Assembly: GCA_964016885.1 (NCBI GenBank)
Contig: OZ024757.1
Coordinates: forward strand, 26,598,001 to 26,662,000
From: Eledone cirrhosa
Lineage: Eukaryota
Length of the DNA: 64,000 bases
Reading direction: 5' to 3'
Positions 10,990-23,641 of the stretch are shown here, piece after piece. A program made the translations under genes and the position numbers. The notes below the pieces were generated by a model. The model did no database searches and was not told the DNA's origin. It worked only from the letters and a program-made list of their open reading frames with translations. Each line of letters begins with the position of its first letter. Positions within the stretch are counted from its first letter, which is position 1.

Positions 10990-13900
10990 TCTTAGACAAG
11001 AGCGTCTGCAGTCTGATTACTCACCAACACTACCCATACACTAACATCTATATATAAACTTGTCTTAAATAACCCGGTGGGTCAGGCCCTTATAACGTGG
11101 ACTCTTAGTTTATGTTGATGTATTCTGGTAAACATTTTGTTTGTTGTTCCCTTCATAATATCGTCATTAGAGGTACCTGGGTTCGATTCGTAGACTGGGT
11201 TTAGTGTTGTGTTCTTGAGAAAAGATTTTATTTCACATTACTCCAGCTGGGGGTTTAAATCTGCGATGAACTGACATACTGATCATGGGGGGGTCTTTTA
11301 TTCTTAGATGTTTCACGCCATAACCGAGGCAAGCACCGGCCTATTAAACCTCCGGGCTTGGAACAGACTTTAGATATCAACCATTTGAGCAGCTTTCTTA
11401 TCGGACACCGACCTTGGTGGTACCGTATTTCTAATGGAATACACAGCCCATACGCCTCGATTAATATTGGAAAATAATGAAAATTTTGAAGGAATTTAAT
11501 AATGATTTCTACTTTAGACACAAGGTCAACAATTCGGTGCGTGGGAGAAGTCGATTAAATCGACCCCAGTACATTACTGGTGCTTATTTTATCGACGCCT
11601 AACGATGGAATACAAAGCTAACCTCGCCTGGATTTAACTATCGTTAACTTGTGTGTAGGTCACTTAATCTAGATGGTGATCGCCTTTGTGGAAAACCTCT
11701 GCTATTGTCTTTAGTGCTTTGGTCCTATTCCACCCAGTTACTCAGAGATATTTCATGAGATTGTAGGCAGATATTTCTACCAACCCTCTCACTCCAGCAT
11801 GTGGGGTGGGTTCTTTGACGTGGAATCCTACTTTTTAATGTGACAGTGTTGGACTACAACCTGTGCATGATCAGGTTGTCGGCGATTAAACGGGCAACCC
11901 CACCAAGCTTGCTTCGGGAGGAGGTTGATTTTGGACACCTTGCTATATGGAAAACAAAACCTGTCAAAGGGCAGAGGAACTTAGAAGAGTAAACGACCAT
12001 CCATTAGTGTTGTTGTTTTTTGTTTATCTAGAGACTCCTAGTCTTCATTAAGACATGAGGCTCTTTCTGGTATAAAACCTGCCACTTTGTTTGCATCCAA
12101 GGATGTAGACCAGTTCTTCTTTTTGGATAAATGCATTCGATGTTCAGAGAGTGGGATTGGCCCCATGCAAAGCCTTTCCTTACTTAAAAAAGCTTCAAGC
12201 ACCGGCATCGCTTGATATGTGACATATTTTGCGATGCATGGTATTGCTGGTCATAGGCAAGTCCCTAGCAGGATTAAAAGCCAGATCTGTGATACTCATG
12301 CTTAAGTATCAAGCTATGGCATTACTCGAAATAGAGTTGCAACTATCATATATATATGTATGTAATATATATCATACATTGCTACGAGGGCAAAGATGGA
12401 CCAAGTTATGAAAGTAATAGTTATAGCACAGCTATAGTAAACTTAATAAAGTGGTTTTCATAAGGGCATCCCTCCAAATAAAGGGTCATAAAGACTCTCC
12501 TGCTGTATCTAAGACATGATAACCTCATTAGTGCTGGTGTCCTGATAAAAATGTACTCAGTAATAGTGCTGTAGCATGGTCTGGTTTTTTAGATGGTGCT
12601 GTAGCATGCCCTGGCTTGTTAGATGGTGCTGTAGCACGGCGAGGTTTGTTAGAATATATCGTAGTATGGCCTGGTTTTGAGATTGTGTTGCAGCTTCGCC
12701 TGGCTTGTATGGTGATGATGTAGCGTCGCCAGGATTTTTAGATGGTGCTGCAGCATGGCCTGGCCTTTTAAATGGTGCTGTAACATGACCTGTCTGTTTT
12801 TGCTGTGCTGCAGCATGGTCTGGCTGTTTAGATGGTGCTGTAGCACGGCCAGGATACTTGGAACATGAATTCCTAAGATTTCGCGCTTGCGCATTCAACT
12901 CCATCCAACCCAAGAAGAAAAGCAAAATGGCCGTCAGTGTGTAGAACTTTTCAAGCTCTACAAAAACGCTTGCTAAATGGTTTAAAAAGAGACAATTGCA
13001 GTTTTCTGAAAGGTAACGTAGATTTTTTATATTACGAGATATTTTGGTAAATCTTTTCTTCTTAGTTCCCTCCATTATCAACCATTTTAACAGTAGTCTT
13101 TCTCTTCTTACCGTATTTCTTATGAAATACACAGACCACGTGTTCCAATTCATGTTGAAAATAAACAATAAAATGTAATAATAAAATTCAACATGTTTCT
13201 TTTTTATTCACAAAAAATATTATCTAGTGTAGTTTTTTTTTTTTAACTCTTCCTAGTTTTCCCTGTAGCAGCTGTTGTCTTTAGCAAATATTTCTGTGTA
13301 TTTGAAAGGTTCCTTCAAGATCGAGATCAAAGACCGTAAATTGTTGATTCAATTCTTCAGCAGTGCTAAATATTTTCTGAAACTGTTGTAAATTCATTTA
13401 GTATTCTGTGGCAGCTTCTACGAGAGTGTCTTCTCTGAAGTTTTCTCAGGTGTTTTAACGATAGGGTCCACAGCCCAATTAACAAATTCCCGCCTACATA
13501 TTCCTGAAAGGGTCTCATGGCAGCAGACTCTTCAAACACTTCTTCCAGCGGATCCAAGAGTTATTTTCCACCCTGATAAAATGTGTGCCATAAATATATA
13601 TATTTATTGGTCTTAGATAATTGTTGCAAATTAATTTCAGTTTTTAAAGCACTTTAACCCTCGTTATGTTCGTTCTACGGGAGTGCTTCACATATGACGT
13701 TTGTCAGGTGTTTTAACAAGAGGGTCAGCAGTCTGATTATTCACCAACACTACTCCGCCACATTCACCAACATCTCTCTCTCTATATATATATACATTTA
13801 AACTGGTCTTAAATAACCCGGTGGGTCAGGCCATTATAACGTGGAATCTTAGTTTATGTTGATGTATTCTGGGCAAACATTTTGTTTTTTGTTCTCTTCA

Positions 13901-14548
13901 TAATATCGTCATTAGAAGTAAGTGGGTCCGATTCCTAGACTGGGTTGTGTGTTGAGTTCTTGAGAAAAGATTTTATTTCACGTTATTCCAGTTGAACCTC
14001 TGGGCAACTATAGAACACAACAAAGATGAATATAAATATTAGTTTAATTAACCCCCCCCCCCTCCAAAAAAAAAGACTTGGGACAGACTTTAGATATCAA
14101 CCATTTGAAAAGGCTTTTTCATCCGACACCAACCCTCATGGTACCGTATTTCTAATGGAATACACAGCCCTTGCGCCTCGATTAATAATGAACATTTTGA
14201 AGCAATTTAATAATGCATTTTTTTTATATAGGCCAGCAATTATGGCGGTGATCGATTAAATTGACCCAGTGCGTGACTGGTACTTTATTTTATCGACCCC
14301 GTAAGGATGGAAGGCAAAGTTAACCTTGGCTGGATCTGAACTCAGAATGTAAAGGGCTGTAACTATCGTTAACTTGTGTATAGGTCACTTAATCTAATGG
14401 AGATCGCCTTTGTAGAAAACCTCTGCTATTGTCTTTAGTACTTTGGTCCTATTCCACCCAGTTACTCAGAGATATTTCATGAGATTGTAGGCAGATATTT
14501 ATACCAGCCTGTGGGGTGGGAACTTTGACCTGCAATCCTACTTTTTAA
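8853..14548. repeat. Tandem segmental duplication, about 3.0 kb (8853-11838) and about 2.7 kb (11855-14548)
   Basis: Both units start TACAACCTGTGCATGATCAGGT and end GTGGGGTGGG...AATCCTACTTTTTAA, with collinear content including a ~30-bp repeat (9640-10050; 12560-12850). Third partial pieces occur at about 15310-15490 and 15892-16050. Confidence 0.92.
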
Positions 14549-16699
14549 AGAACTTTCTCTCTCAGTACGCCTGTCCTTCTCGTAATCATAGCTGAAGTAT
14601 TGATCAGTATTAATATCGATTAACTTTTCACCACGTGAGTTCAATTCTCAATCATTAGTTGAGAGAGTGACGTCTTGCGTCCCATTTATCATAAGCACCA
14701 GTTGACCCATGTCCTGTGAGTGAAATTTGGTGGACATGAACTTTCTGGAAGCCTGTGAGTTTTAATTTAAAGAGTCAGTCTTGTCACACTCCGTGCCAAA
14801 CTTCAGATTTTCTTCCCATAGTGGTGACAGTGTTGGACTTACGTTCATAATGTGATGAGTTCAATTCCTGGATCGTGTTGTGTTCTTGAGCAAAACATTT
14901 CATTTCACGTGGCTCCAGTATACTTAGCTGAAAATGAGTACCAGCAGTATCTTGGGGCGGGGGTAACCCGGCCATAGAATGGCGTCCTACTCATGGGAAG
15001 TCTCGTATTTTCAGTTGATTAACGCCAAGCAGACTAATAGACACCGGCTTAATGACAACCATCCTGCTCCGTAAGGGTAGGCCCCTCGGTTAGGATGTCA
15101 TACGTTGGGACGTTTTCTCAATTGGCAACATTGTGTGTCCTTTGACCAGCCAAGGCTTCGCTCATGTGATTGCGAGTTTGGCGGCGGAGACTTCCGATGT
15201 TCTTGGCCCCACGCACGGCTTATGGTGGGGGCATGTAGAATATATTTACTTAAGCACTATTGTTATATTATTAAAAAATGAAAAACCTGAGTTTGTTTTT
15301 TATTCACAAAATTAATGTTGAAATTAAACAATAAAATGTAGGGATTTATTAATAAAATTCAACATGCTTCTTTTTTATTCACAGAAAACATAGTTTTCCC
15401 TGCAACAGCTCTGTTGTCTTTAACAAATCTTAGATCAAAGACCGTAAATTGTTGATTCAATTCTTCAGCAGTGTTAAATATTTTCTGACACTAATCACCA
15501 TTTAATATTGTTAGTTAGTCGGCGATTGTCTTGTAAACCCCCAAAGTATGTGGAGGTTCTCTGGTCTGTCGCGAACGCAGAAGCTTATCTCGTAAAATGA
15601 CTGAGAGTACAAGACTCCCCTCTGGAGATGATGCCAGCCCAATGCAGGGTTAAAGTCTGTCTCAACCCAGGAGACTCATTAAGCTTATCCTGGTTTCGTC
15701 CCTTAAAGTGACTGAGAGTACAAGATGCCAGTCCATCACAGGGTTTTTTCGCCATCATTAAGTCCCAGGTTCGATCACATCCCATTTGAAACTGGGTATA
15801 TAGAAGTCTGTCATCTGTAATTCAAATGGCCAGCCTTATACCGCTAAATCTCCCTCAGGATTACGTATGTTTGTAATTATAGTTTTACTTCTAGTGCTGT
15901 AGCATGACCAGGCTATTTAGATGGTTCTGTGGCATGGCCAGGATGTTTGGAACATGCGCACTGGGTTTCTGAATCTCGCGCTTGCGCATTCAACTCCATC
16001 CAAAACAAGAAAAAAAAATGGCCGTCAGTTTGTAAAATGTTACAAGCTTTCCACGCTGCTCCAGTAGCATCATGGGGTTTCGTACTTCCAGTTGATTAAC
16101 GCCAAGCAGACTGTAATAGACACCTGGTTAATAGACTTCTTAATCATCCAAGAACAGTGTTGATTATTTTGTCAGACACTGAACCATTTTTACTTGCTGG
16201 TAATAAATATATACACACTAGTTCCACTCTGAGCAGACGAGAGACGTGGCCAGTCGATCTATGTTTGCCCTTCTTGATGGTCTCGATTAAGTTCATTCCT
16301 ATCTGCTGTCGAATCCAGGTTTGTTGCTCTTCCTCTTATGATTTGCTCCATTGCCCCTCACGGTGGTCTTGGACGGACCGTGCCTCAATGTGTCGGCCCA
16401 GAATAGTCCCACTTCGCAATCGAACGTGTTGGTTTCGATTGGGAACACATGGAGTTGTACATTACACATACATATAAATAAGAACTTCATAAAATAGAAT
16501 TCAATGTGTTTTTATTGACAAAAATGTATTTAAATACACGAGAAATATTGTTTAATTCTTCTCTTATGTTCCGTCTTTATAGATATGTCCAGCCACACAA
16601 GTGTTCTGTATGAACTAAGTCTGTAATAAAACAATTGTATCATATACTTTATTGTGTTATTTATTTATTCCTGGAATGAAGGTGAAACCTATTTTAAAC

Positions 16700-17670
16700 G
16701 GCCGCATCAAGGTTTCGAATCCAAAAATGGTTGTCCAATAAACAATGTAGACGGTGTCTTCAATGGTTCTATTTTCAGAAAAAAGAGGAATTTAAAGAAA
16801 GAACCATCAGGGGTTCGAATCTAATAGTAAGTACCACCAAGGGAATAAAAGTAAGTATCAATAAAGAATGTCAACAATGTAGAAAGTATCATTGACGGTT
16901 CGAATCCAACAGTCGTCTAATTAACCATCAAGGGTTCTAAGTAACAAAAATGTAATAAGAACCCTCAAGTATGTAAAGAAAGTATCTCAGGTTCGAATCC
17001 AACTGTCTTCCAAGAATGTAGTAACCATCGTAGGTTCGAATCTAAGTCAAGAATGTATAAGAAGTATCACCAAGGGTTAGAATGTAATAAGAACCTTGAA
17101 GTATGTAAAGAAAGTATCAAAGGTTCGAATCTTAGTCAAGAATGTAGTAAGAAGTATCAAGGATTAGAATCTTATAATGTAGGAAGAAGTATCTAAGGTT
17201 CTAATCCACTGTCTTCCAAGAATGTAAGTGAAATTGTGGGTTCTAAGAATCTAAACAGTCTCTTTATATAGAAGCTAAGTTTAAAGGTTCGAATCCAACT
17301 GTCTTCCAAGAATGTAAGTGAAATTGTGGGTTTTAAGAATGTAAACAGTCTCTTTATATAGAAACTAAGTTAAGAAGGTTCTAATCCACTGTCTTCCAAG
17401 AATGTAATTAACCCTCAAGGTTCTAAGAAACTATGTTAAGAAGGTTCGAATCCAACTGTCTTCCAAGAATATAATTAACCCTCAAGGGTTCTAAGAAGGT
17501 TCAAATCAAACTGTCTTCCAAGAATGTAATTAACCTTCAAGGGTTCTAAGAAGGTTCTAATCCACTGTCTTCCAAAAATGTATTTAACCTTGAAGGGTTC
17601 TAAGAAACTATATTAAGAAGGTTCTAATCTAACTGTCTTCCAAGAATGTCATTAACCTCTAGGGTTTTCT
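16700..17670. repeat. Degenerate tandem array built from GGTTCGAATCC and TTC(C/T)AAGAA motifs
   Basis: Irregular units such as AAGGTTCGAATCCAACTGTCTTCCAAGAATGTAA repeated over about 1 kb. Confidence 0.85.
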
Positions 17671-18909
17671 TCTAATATGCAAATGAAACTTCAAAAGTGT
17701 AATTAAGATTCTCTCTAATATATTTCTAAGAAAAAATTTCTTCTAATATGCAAATGAGCAAATTAGATATGTAAATGAAGCTTCAAGAATCCAATTAGGA
17801 TTCTCTCTATATATTAAGATTCTTTCTAATATAATTCTTCTAATATGTAAATGAACTTCAAACTCATTTGCATATTATTGAAATTTTGAAAAAGAATTCT
17901 TCACGGTGGTCAGGGACGGGCCTTGCATCTATGTGCCGGCCCCGAATAGTCCCAGGCCTATGCAATCGTACGCCACTACGAATCGAACGCCAGACAGGGG
18001 GACTGGTAGAACGAGACGCAGTTCGCACGCCACCGCGAAGGCCGCAATTCTACTGAGTTAAATAGTGGTACTTATGCCTACTTTGGAAATATTTTGATCA
18101 AAAAAAAATTAATATATGCAAACGGAACAAAGGGAAGTAATTCTGGATTCAAATATTTTTTTCATAAGACAATTATTAATGCATTGGTGGTGCTGCGAAG
18201 ACGGGGTTTTCGATGTCTGCCAACGGATTGTTTAAGGAGTTTAATTATGGGGGTTTATCGAAGTTCGATGGTGACCCTTTCTACAATTCAGGATCCTTTG
18301 ATGTCTAAAAGATGTTGCGATTGAGACGCAAGAGGGTAGCCAGCTTTGTTTACAGTCGAGCGATAGCCATAGAAGATTATACAGGTTAGACATGTCTTTT
18401 AACAGCTTTTTTGGCGACCTTATGTACATGCCTTTGGCCCTCTAAGCGAGCGTTAGCCACAGAGACGATCTTACAAGCCAGAGAGGACATTGAGCCTTTG
18501 AGAGGGGAGGACATTTAACTTGAGTGTTCTCAGTCCTAGAAGGACACTGAGGTGTGATACACACAACACTTCCACGGAAATATGTACTGCTTTTACAGTC
18601 ACCAAAGAAGGCAGGAACTGACATATGTACAGTCACCCAATGATCCATAAGAGAAGAGCAAGACAGTCACCATCGGTTTTCGATTGACAACCATAACTAC
18701 ACTCCGTAACAATACACATATATCACCAGCAACACATTAACAATTTTGTAATGAAAAATATATATTCACACCTGAATTACTTCCATTTATGCCGTTTACA
18801 TATATTATTTTGGCAACAAATAATTAAAAATATAGATACAAATGTGACTAATACGTACCTTGATGGACACCAGGTTTAAGGGTGTGGCCACAGGGAAGGG
18901 GTAAAGTGT

Positions 18910-20430
18910 GCCATTGGAGGGACAGCTATCACAATATACTGTATATCAGGGGCATTAAAATACAAACCCATTGTTATATGACATGTAATTGTGGGAACAG
19001 CTAACACTGTATAAGAGGGACGTTAAAAGATAGACCCACCCAGAGATGTAACTGTGGGATATAGAGAGGATCAGCTAACACAATATACTGTTTATGAGGG
19101 ACATTAAAAGAGAGAGACAAACAGACCTTATATTAGATGTAACAGCTGATGTATGGAGGGACAGCTACCGCAATATACTCTATATCTGAGACGTTAAAAG
19201 AAAAACACACCTTTATAACAGAAGGGACAGCTACCACAATATACTGTATATCAGGTGTTAAAAGACAGACCCATCTAGAATTATAACTATAGACCGTATG
19301 GAGGGCTAGCTATTACAATATACTGTATAACAGGGACGTTAAAAGACAGACACATCCTTATATTAGAGGAAATTGTTGGTTGTATGGATAGACAGGCCCA
19401 ACATTATATAAGATGTAACTGTGGGCCGTTAAAAAACAAACCCATACTTACGTGTAACTGTGGCCCGTATGGAGGGGCAACTACCACAATGTACTGTATA
19501 ACAGGGACGTTAAGAAACCCAGCCTTAGATGTAACTGTGGGCCGTATTGTCTGACAGCTGCCACAATAATCTGTATATCTGGGACATTAAAAGACAGATC
19601 CAGCTGCCGTATGGAGGGAGGGCTACCACAATATACTGTATATCAGGGATGTTAACAGACAGGCCCATCTTTAGATAACTATAGACCGTATGGAGGGGTA
19701 GCTATTACAATATACTCTATAACAGGGACGTTATAAGACAGGCCCAGCTTTATATTAGAAGTAACAGCTGCCGTATTGAAGGACAGCTACCACAATATAC
19801 TGAATATTATAATCTGCAACTGTGGGACGTAGTGAGTGAGAGACAGACCTAACCTTATATTAGATGTAATTGTCGGCCGTATGGAAGGGCAGCTACCACA
19901 ATATACTACAAATAAGGGACAGATACCATAACATACTGAAACACAGCAATATACGGTCTGTAAGTAGTATATGGATCAAAGCTGGATGGTAAATTAATTT
20001 CAAATAGTATCTATTTTTCTTTGTTCTGTAAATAGAATTTATAAAAGCTAACGCAATATTGTTTAATATTCCTATAGATCAAAGGATCTATAGTTTAAGC
20101 CGTTGCTAGACTCTCGTCTGACGTTACTCTCTATCTGAATATCTAACACTTTAATTGTATCTCTCTCTGTATAACATCTTTAGATGTGTGTGTGTGTGTG
20201 TGTAGTTTTCGTGTGATTCAACCAACATCTCTTATATATATAGATATCAGGGACGTTAAAAGACAGACCCACAGTTATATATAAGTGTGGGTCTGTCTTT
20301 TAACGTCTCTGATATCTATATATATAACTGTGGGTCGTATGGACGGGCAGCTACCACAATATACTGTATATAAGGGATGTTAAAAGACAGACATCCTAGC
20401 TGTGGGCCGTATGGAGGGCATCCTACCACA
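18910..20430. repeat. Diverged ~80-bp tandem repeat family with an internal hairpin at 20233-20326
   Basis: Recurrent GGAGGGACAGCTACCACAATATACTGTATATCAGGGACGTTAAAAGACAGACCC...GATGTAACTGTGGGCCGTAT, interrupted by unrelated sequence at about 19950-20230. Confidence 0.85.
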
Positions 20431-21024
20431 ACATACACTCAGACATTAAACATACATATATATATATTCACCCATATCATCATCGTTTTTCACACTTGCA
20501 TGGGTCACGTCTCCAGTTGCCACAGCGATTTCAGATAAGGTCTCGGGTCTTCCAGAGAGAAGCCAAATCAGGAATGAAAAGGGGTCTGGGTGGCTGCTAT
20601 ACACACGACTTGAGATCAGGTCTTCATGGTACTTCAATGCATGTCAGTACAATGTAGACTTCCCTGTTAAACCCAGTTTCTCCCCCCGGTTCACCCAAGC
20701 TCTGCCTTTATATTACAAAGCATGGTGGCTTCATTTCTCTTCAGTCTACGTAAGTCCTCTGCAGGCATTAACCATATTTCACTAACATGCAATATAACAG
20801 CCGTCCTTTTGTATGCAGGGAGAAACCCCCTTCCATCCTATCCTTATTCTAGTTATAATGCTCTCTCAGTACCGTCCTTCGAAGTTACCAACCAGTTGCA
20901 TGGATTCTTCATGTGATTGGAAAGGGTTTACACCATTCTCCACCTCAATTACCCCTGTGTCCTGACATACAGAGTCTTCTCACCCTGTGAGTCTACCTCT
21001 TATGTACTAAAGACTTACATTGAG

Positions 21025-22540
21025 AGTAGGGAAACAACTTAGTCTAGCTCTTGTGTACTATAGTAGGTAACAACTTAGTCTAGCTCTTGTGTACTATAGT
21101 AGGTAACAACTTAGTCTACCTCTATAGTACTATAGTAGGGAACAACTTAGTCTACCCCTTGTGTACTATAGTAGGGAACAACTTAGTCTAGCTCTTGTGT
21201 ACTATAGTAGGGAACAACTTAGTCTACCCCTTGTGTACTATAGTAGGGAACAACTTAGTCTAGCTCTTGTGTACTATAGTAGGGAACAACTTAGTCTACC
21301 CCTTGTGTACTATAGTAGGGAACAACTTAGTCTAGCTCTTGTGTACTATAGTAGGGAACAACTTAGTCTAGCTCCTGTGTACTATAGTAGGGAACAACTT
21401 AGTCTAGCTCTTGTGTACTATAGTAGGGAACAACTTAGTCTAGCTCTTGTGTACTATAGTAGGGAACAACTTAGTCTAGCTCTTGTGTACTATAGTAGGT
21501 AACAACTTAGTCTACCTCTTGTGTACTATAGTAGGTAACAACTTAGTCTACCTCTATAGTACTATAGTAGGGAACAACTTAGTCTACCCCTTGTGTACTA
21601 TAGTAGGTAACAACTTAGTCTAGCTCTTGTGTACTATAGTAGGTAACAACTTAAGTCTACCTCTATAGTACTATAGTAGGGAACAACTTAGTCTAGCTCT
21701 TGTGTACTATAGTAGGGAACAACTTAGTCTACCCCTTGTGTACTATAGTAGGTAACAACTTAGTCTACCTCTTGTGTACTATAGTAGGTAACAACTTAAG
21801 TCTACCTCTATAGTACTATAGTAGGGAACAACTTAGTCTACCCCTTGTGTACTATAGTAGGTAACAACTTACCTACTATAGTACACAAGAGGTAGACTAA
21901 CAACTTAAGTCTACCTCTATAGTACTATAGTAGGGAACAACTTAGTCTAGCTCTTGTGTACTATAGTAGGGAACAACTTAGTCTAGCTCTTGTGTACTAT
22001 AGTAGGTAACAACTTAGTCTACCTCTTGTGTACTATAGTAGGTAACAACTTAAGTCTACCTCTATAGTACTATAGTAGGGAACAACTTAGTCTAGCTCTT
22101 GTGTACTATAGTAGGGAACAACTTAGTCTAGCTCTTGTGTACTATAGTAGGTAACAACTTAGTCTACCCCTTGTGTACTATAGTAGGTAACAACTTAGTC
22201 TACCCCTTGTGTACTATAGTAGGTAACAACTTAGTCTACCCCTTGTGTACTATAGTAGGGAACAACTTAGTCTAGCTCTTGTGTACTATAGTAGGGAACA
22301 ACTTAGTCTAGCTCTTGTGTACTATAGTAGGGAACAACTTAGTCTAGCTCTTGTGTACTATAGTAGGTAACAACTTAGTCTAGCTCTTGTGTACTATAGT
22401 AGGTAACAACTTAGACTAGCTCTTGTGTACTATAGTAGGGAACAACTTAGTCTACCCCTTGTGTACTATAGTAGGGAACAACTTAGACTAGCTCTTGTGT
22501 ACTATAGTATGGAACAACTTAGACTAGCTCTTGTGTACTA
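21025..22540. repeat. 36-bp minisatellite, about 40 units, one unit inverted
   Basis: Unit GTACTATAGTAGGGAACAACTTAGTCTAGCTCTTGT with internal palindrome TACTATAGTA. Confidence 0.95.
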
Positions 22541-22806
22541 GATAGAGATTTACATTAAGAGTAGGGAAACAACATTTGTCATGTGATAGTATGTCCGACA
22601 AGCACCAGGCTGGGAGGGGTGAAATACGGGGAACAAATCAGTAGTACAGTATTTTTTAAAGGCAACAGGATAAAAGATATGACATATATGAAACAAAGAT
22701 AAATAAATCAAAGTCAACATATCTTTACAAGATAATTATTAGTGCATTGGTGGTATTGTTGTGATGGAGGATTCCATTTCTGATATTCATTTGAATGTAT
22801 ATAGAT

Positions 22807-23641
22807 CAGAGGTTCTCAAACGTTTAGGGCCACCCACCCTACCTTATAGCCATGTAATACCCCAGACCTCCAACCCTATTTCCACAGAGACCCGCCTAGA
22901 TGGAGATTGGAAATAATTTGTAATAAATAAAATCATTTATATATATATACATTGACTTTTTCGTCAAATTGGACTGAGGAAACAATGTTTCCATTGGTCT
23001 TTCCAATTGCTAGTACTCTTGGTCACAACTCCAGGTAGAAGGAGCAACGTGAAATAACGTGTCTTGCACCTCACAATTGTAAATCCAATTCTCTACCCAC
23101 TCAGCCACGCGCCTTCACATAGAATATATACTATGTATAAATATATAAAGGAAATTATTGTGCTCAGGTGAACTACAACTCACCAAAGGTGTATGTATAG
23201 AACATAGAATAATGTACAAATGTCAGGAAAGTGAACAGTGTATGAGTTGTGATATACACACAGATACATGTGTGCATGTGTATGGAGGGGGAATATCAGG
23301 TGTAGTGTTGGAGAATTTCAGCGTGGAAGTTTTGAAGGATGCAGTGTCCCGGCAACTCTGAGCTAGAAAAAACATTTCCAAAAGTCATGGGAGCTCTGCT
23401 GTTTTCTGACTTTGTAGTCACGTGTGTTAGACACATGGAATTCAAAAAGGTGCTCAGGGTTGTTGTTAACAAGATGGTTAATAATTTTATGGGTGTTTAC
23501 CAAGTCAGTTGCCAGATGTCGGGGCATATATTTTTTATTTTACTATATTTATATATAATATGTATCATTTGATAATTAATATACTATTATATCATCTCTA
23601 ATGCCCCCGGGGGGTAGTAGCGCCCACTTTGAGAACCTCTG
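22807..23641. mobile_element. hAT (Charlie-like) non-autonomous element with a nested CR1 fragment
   Basis: TIRs CAGAGGTTCTCAAA / TTTGAGAACCTCTG; degenerate 8-bp flanks ATATAGAT / ACATAGAG; CR1 piece at about 23150-23520. Confidence 0.7.

Noticed and set aside
16812-17460. tRNA gene cluster suggested by GGTTCGAATCC
   Set aside because: No A box, D/anticodon arms or acceptor stems around the motifs.
21025-22540. 36-bp repeats with a palindromic core resemble a CRISPR array
   Set aside because: Units are head-to-tail with no unique spacers, there are no cas genes, and the context is eukaryotic.
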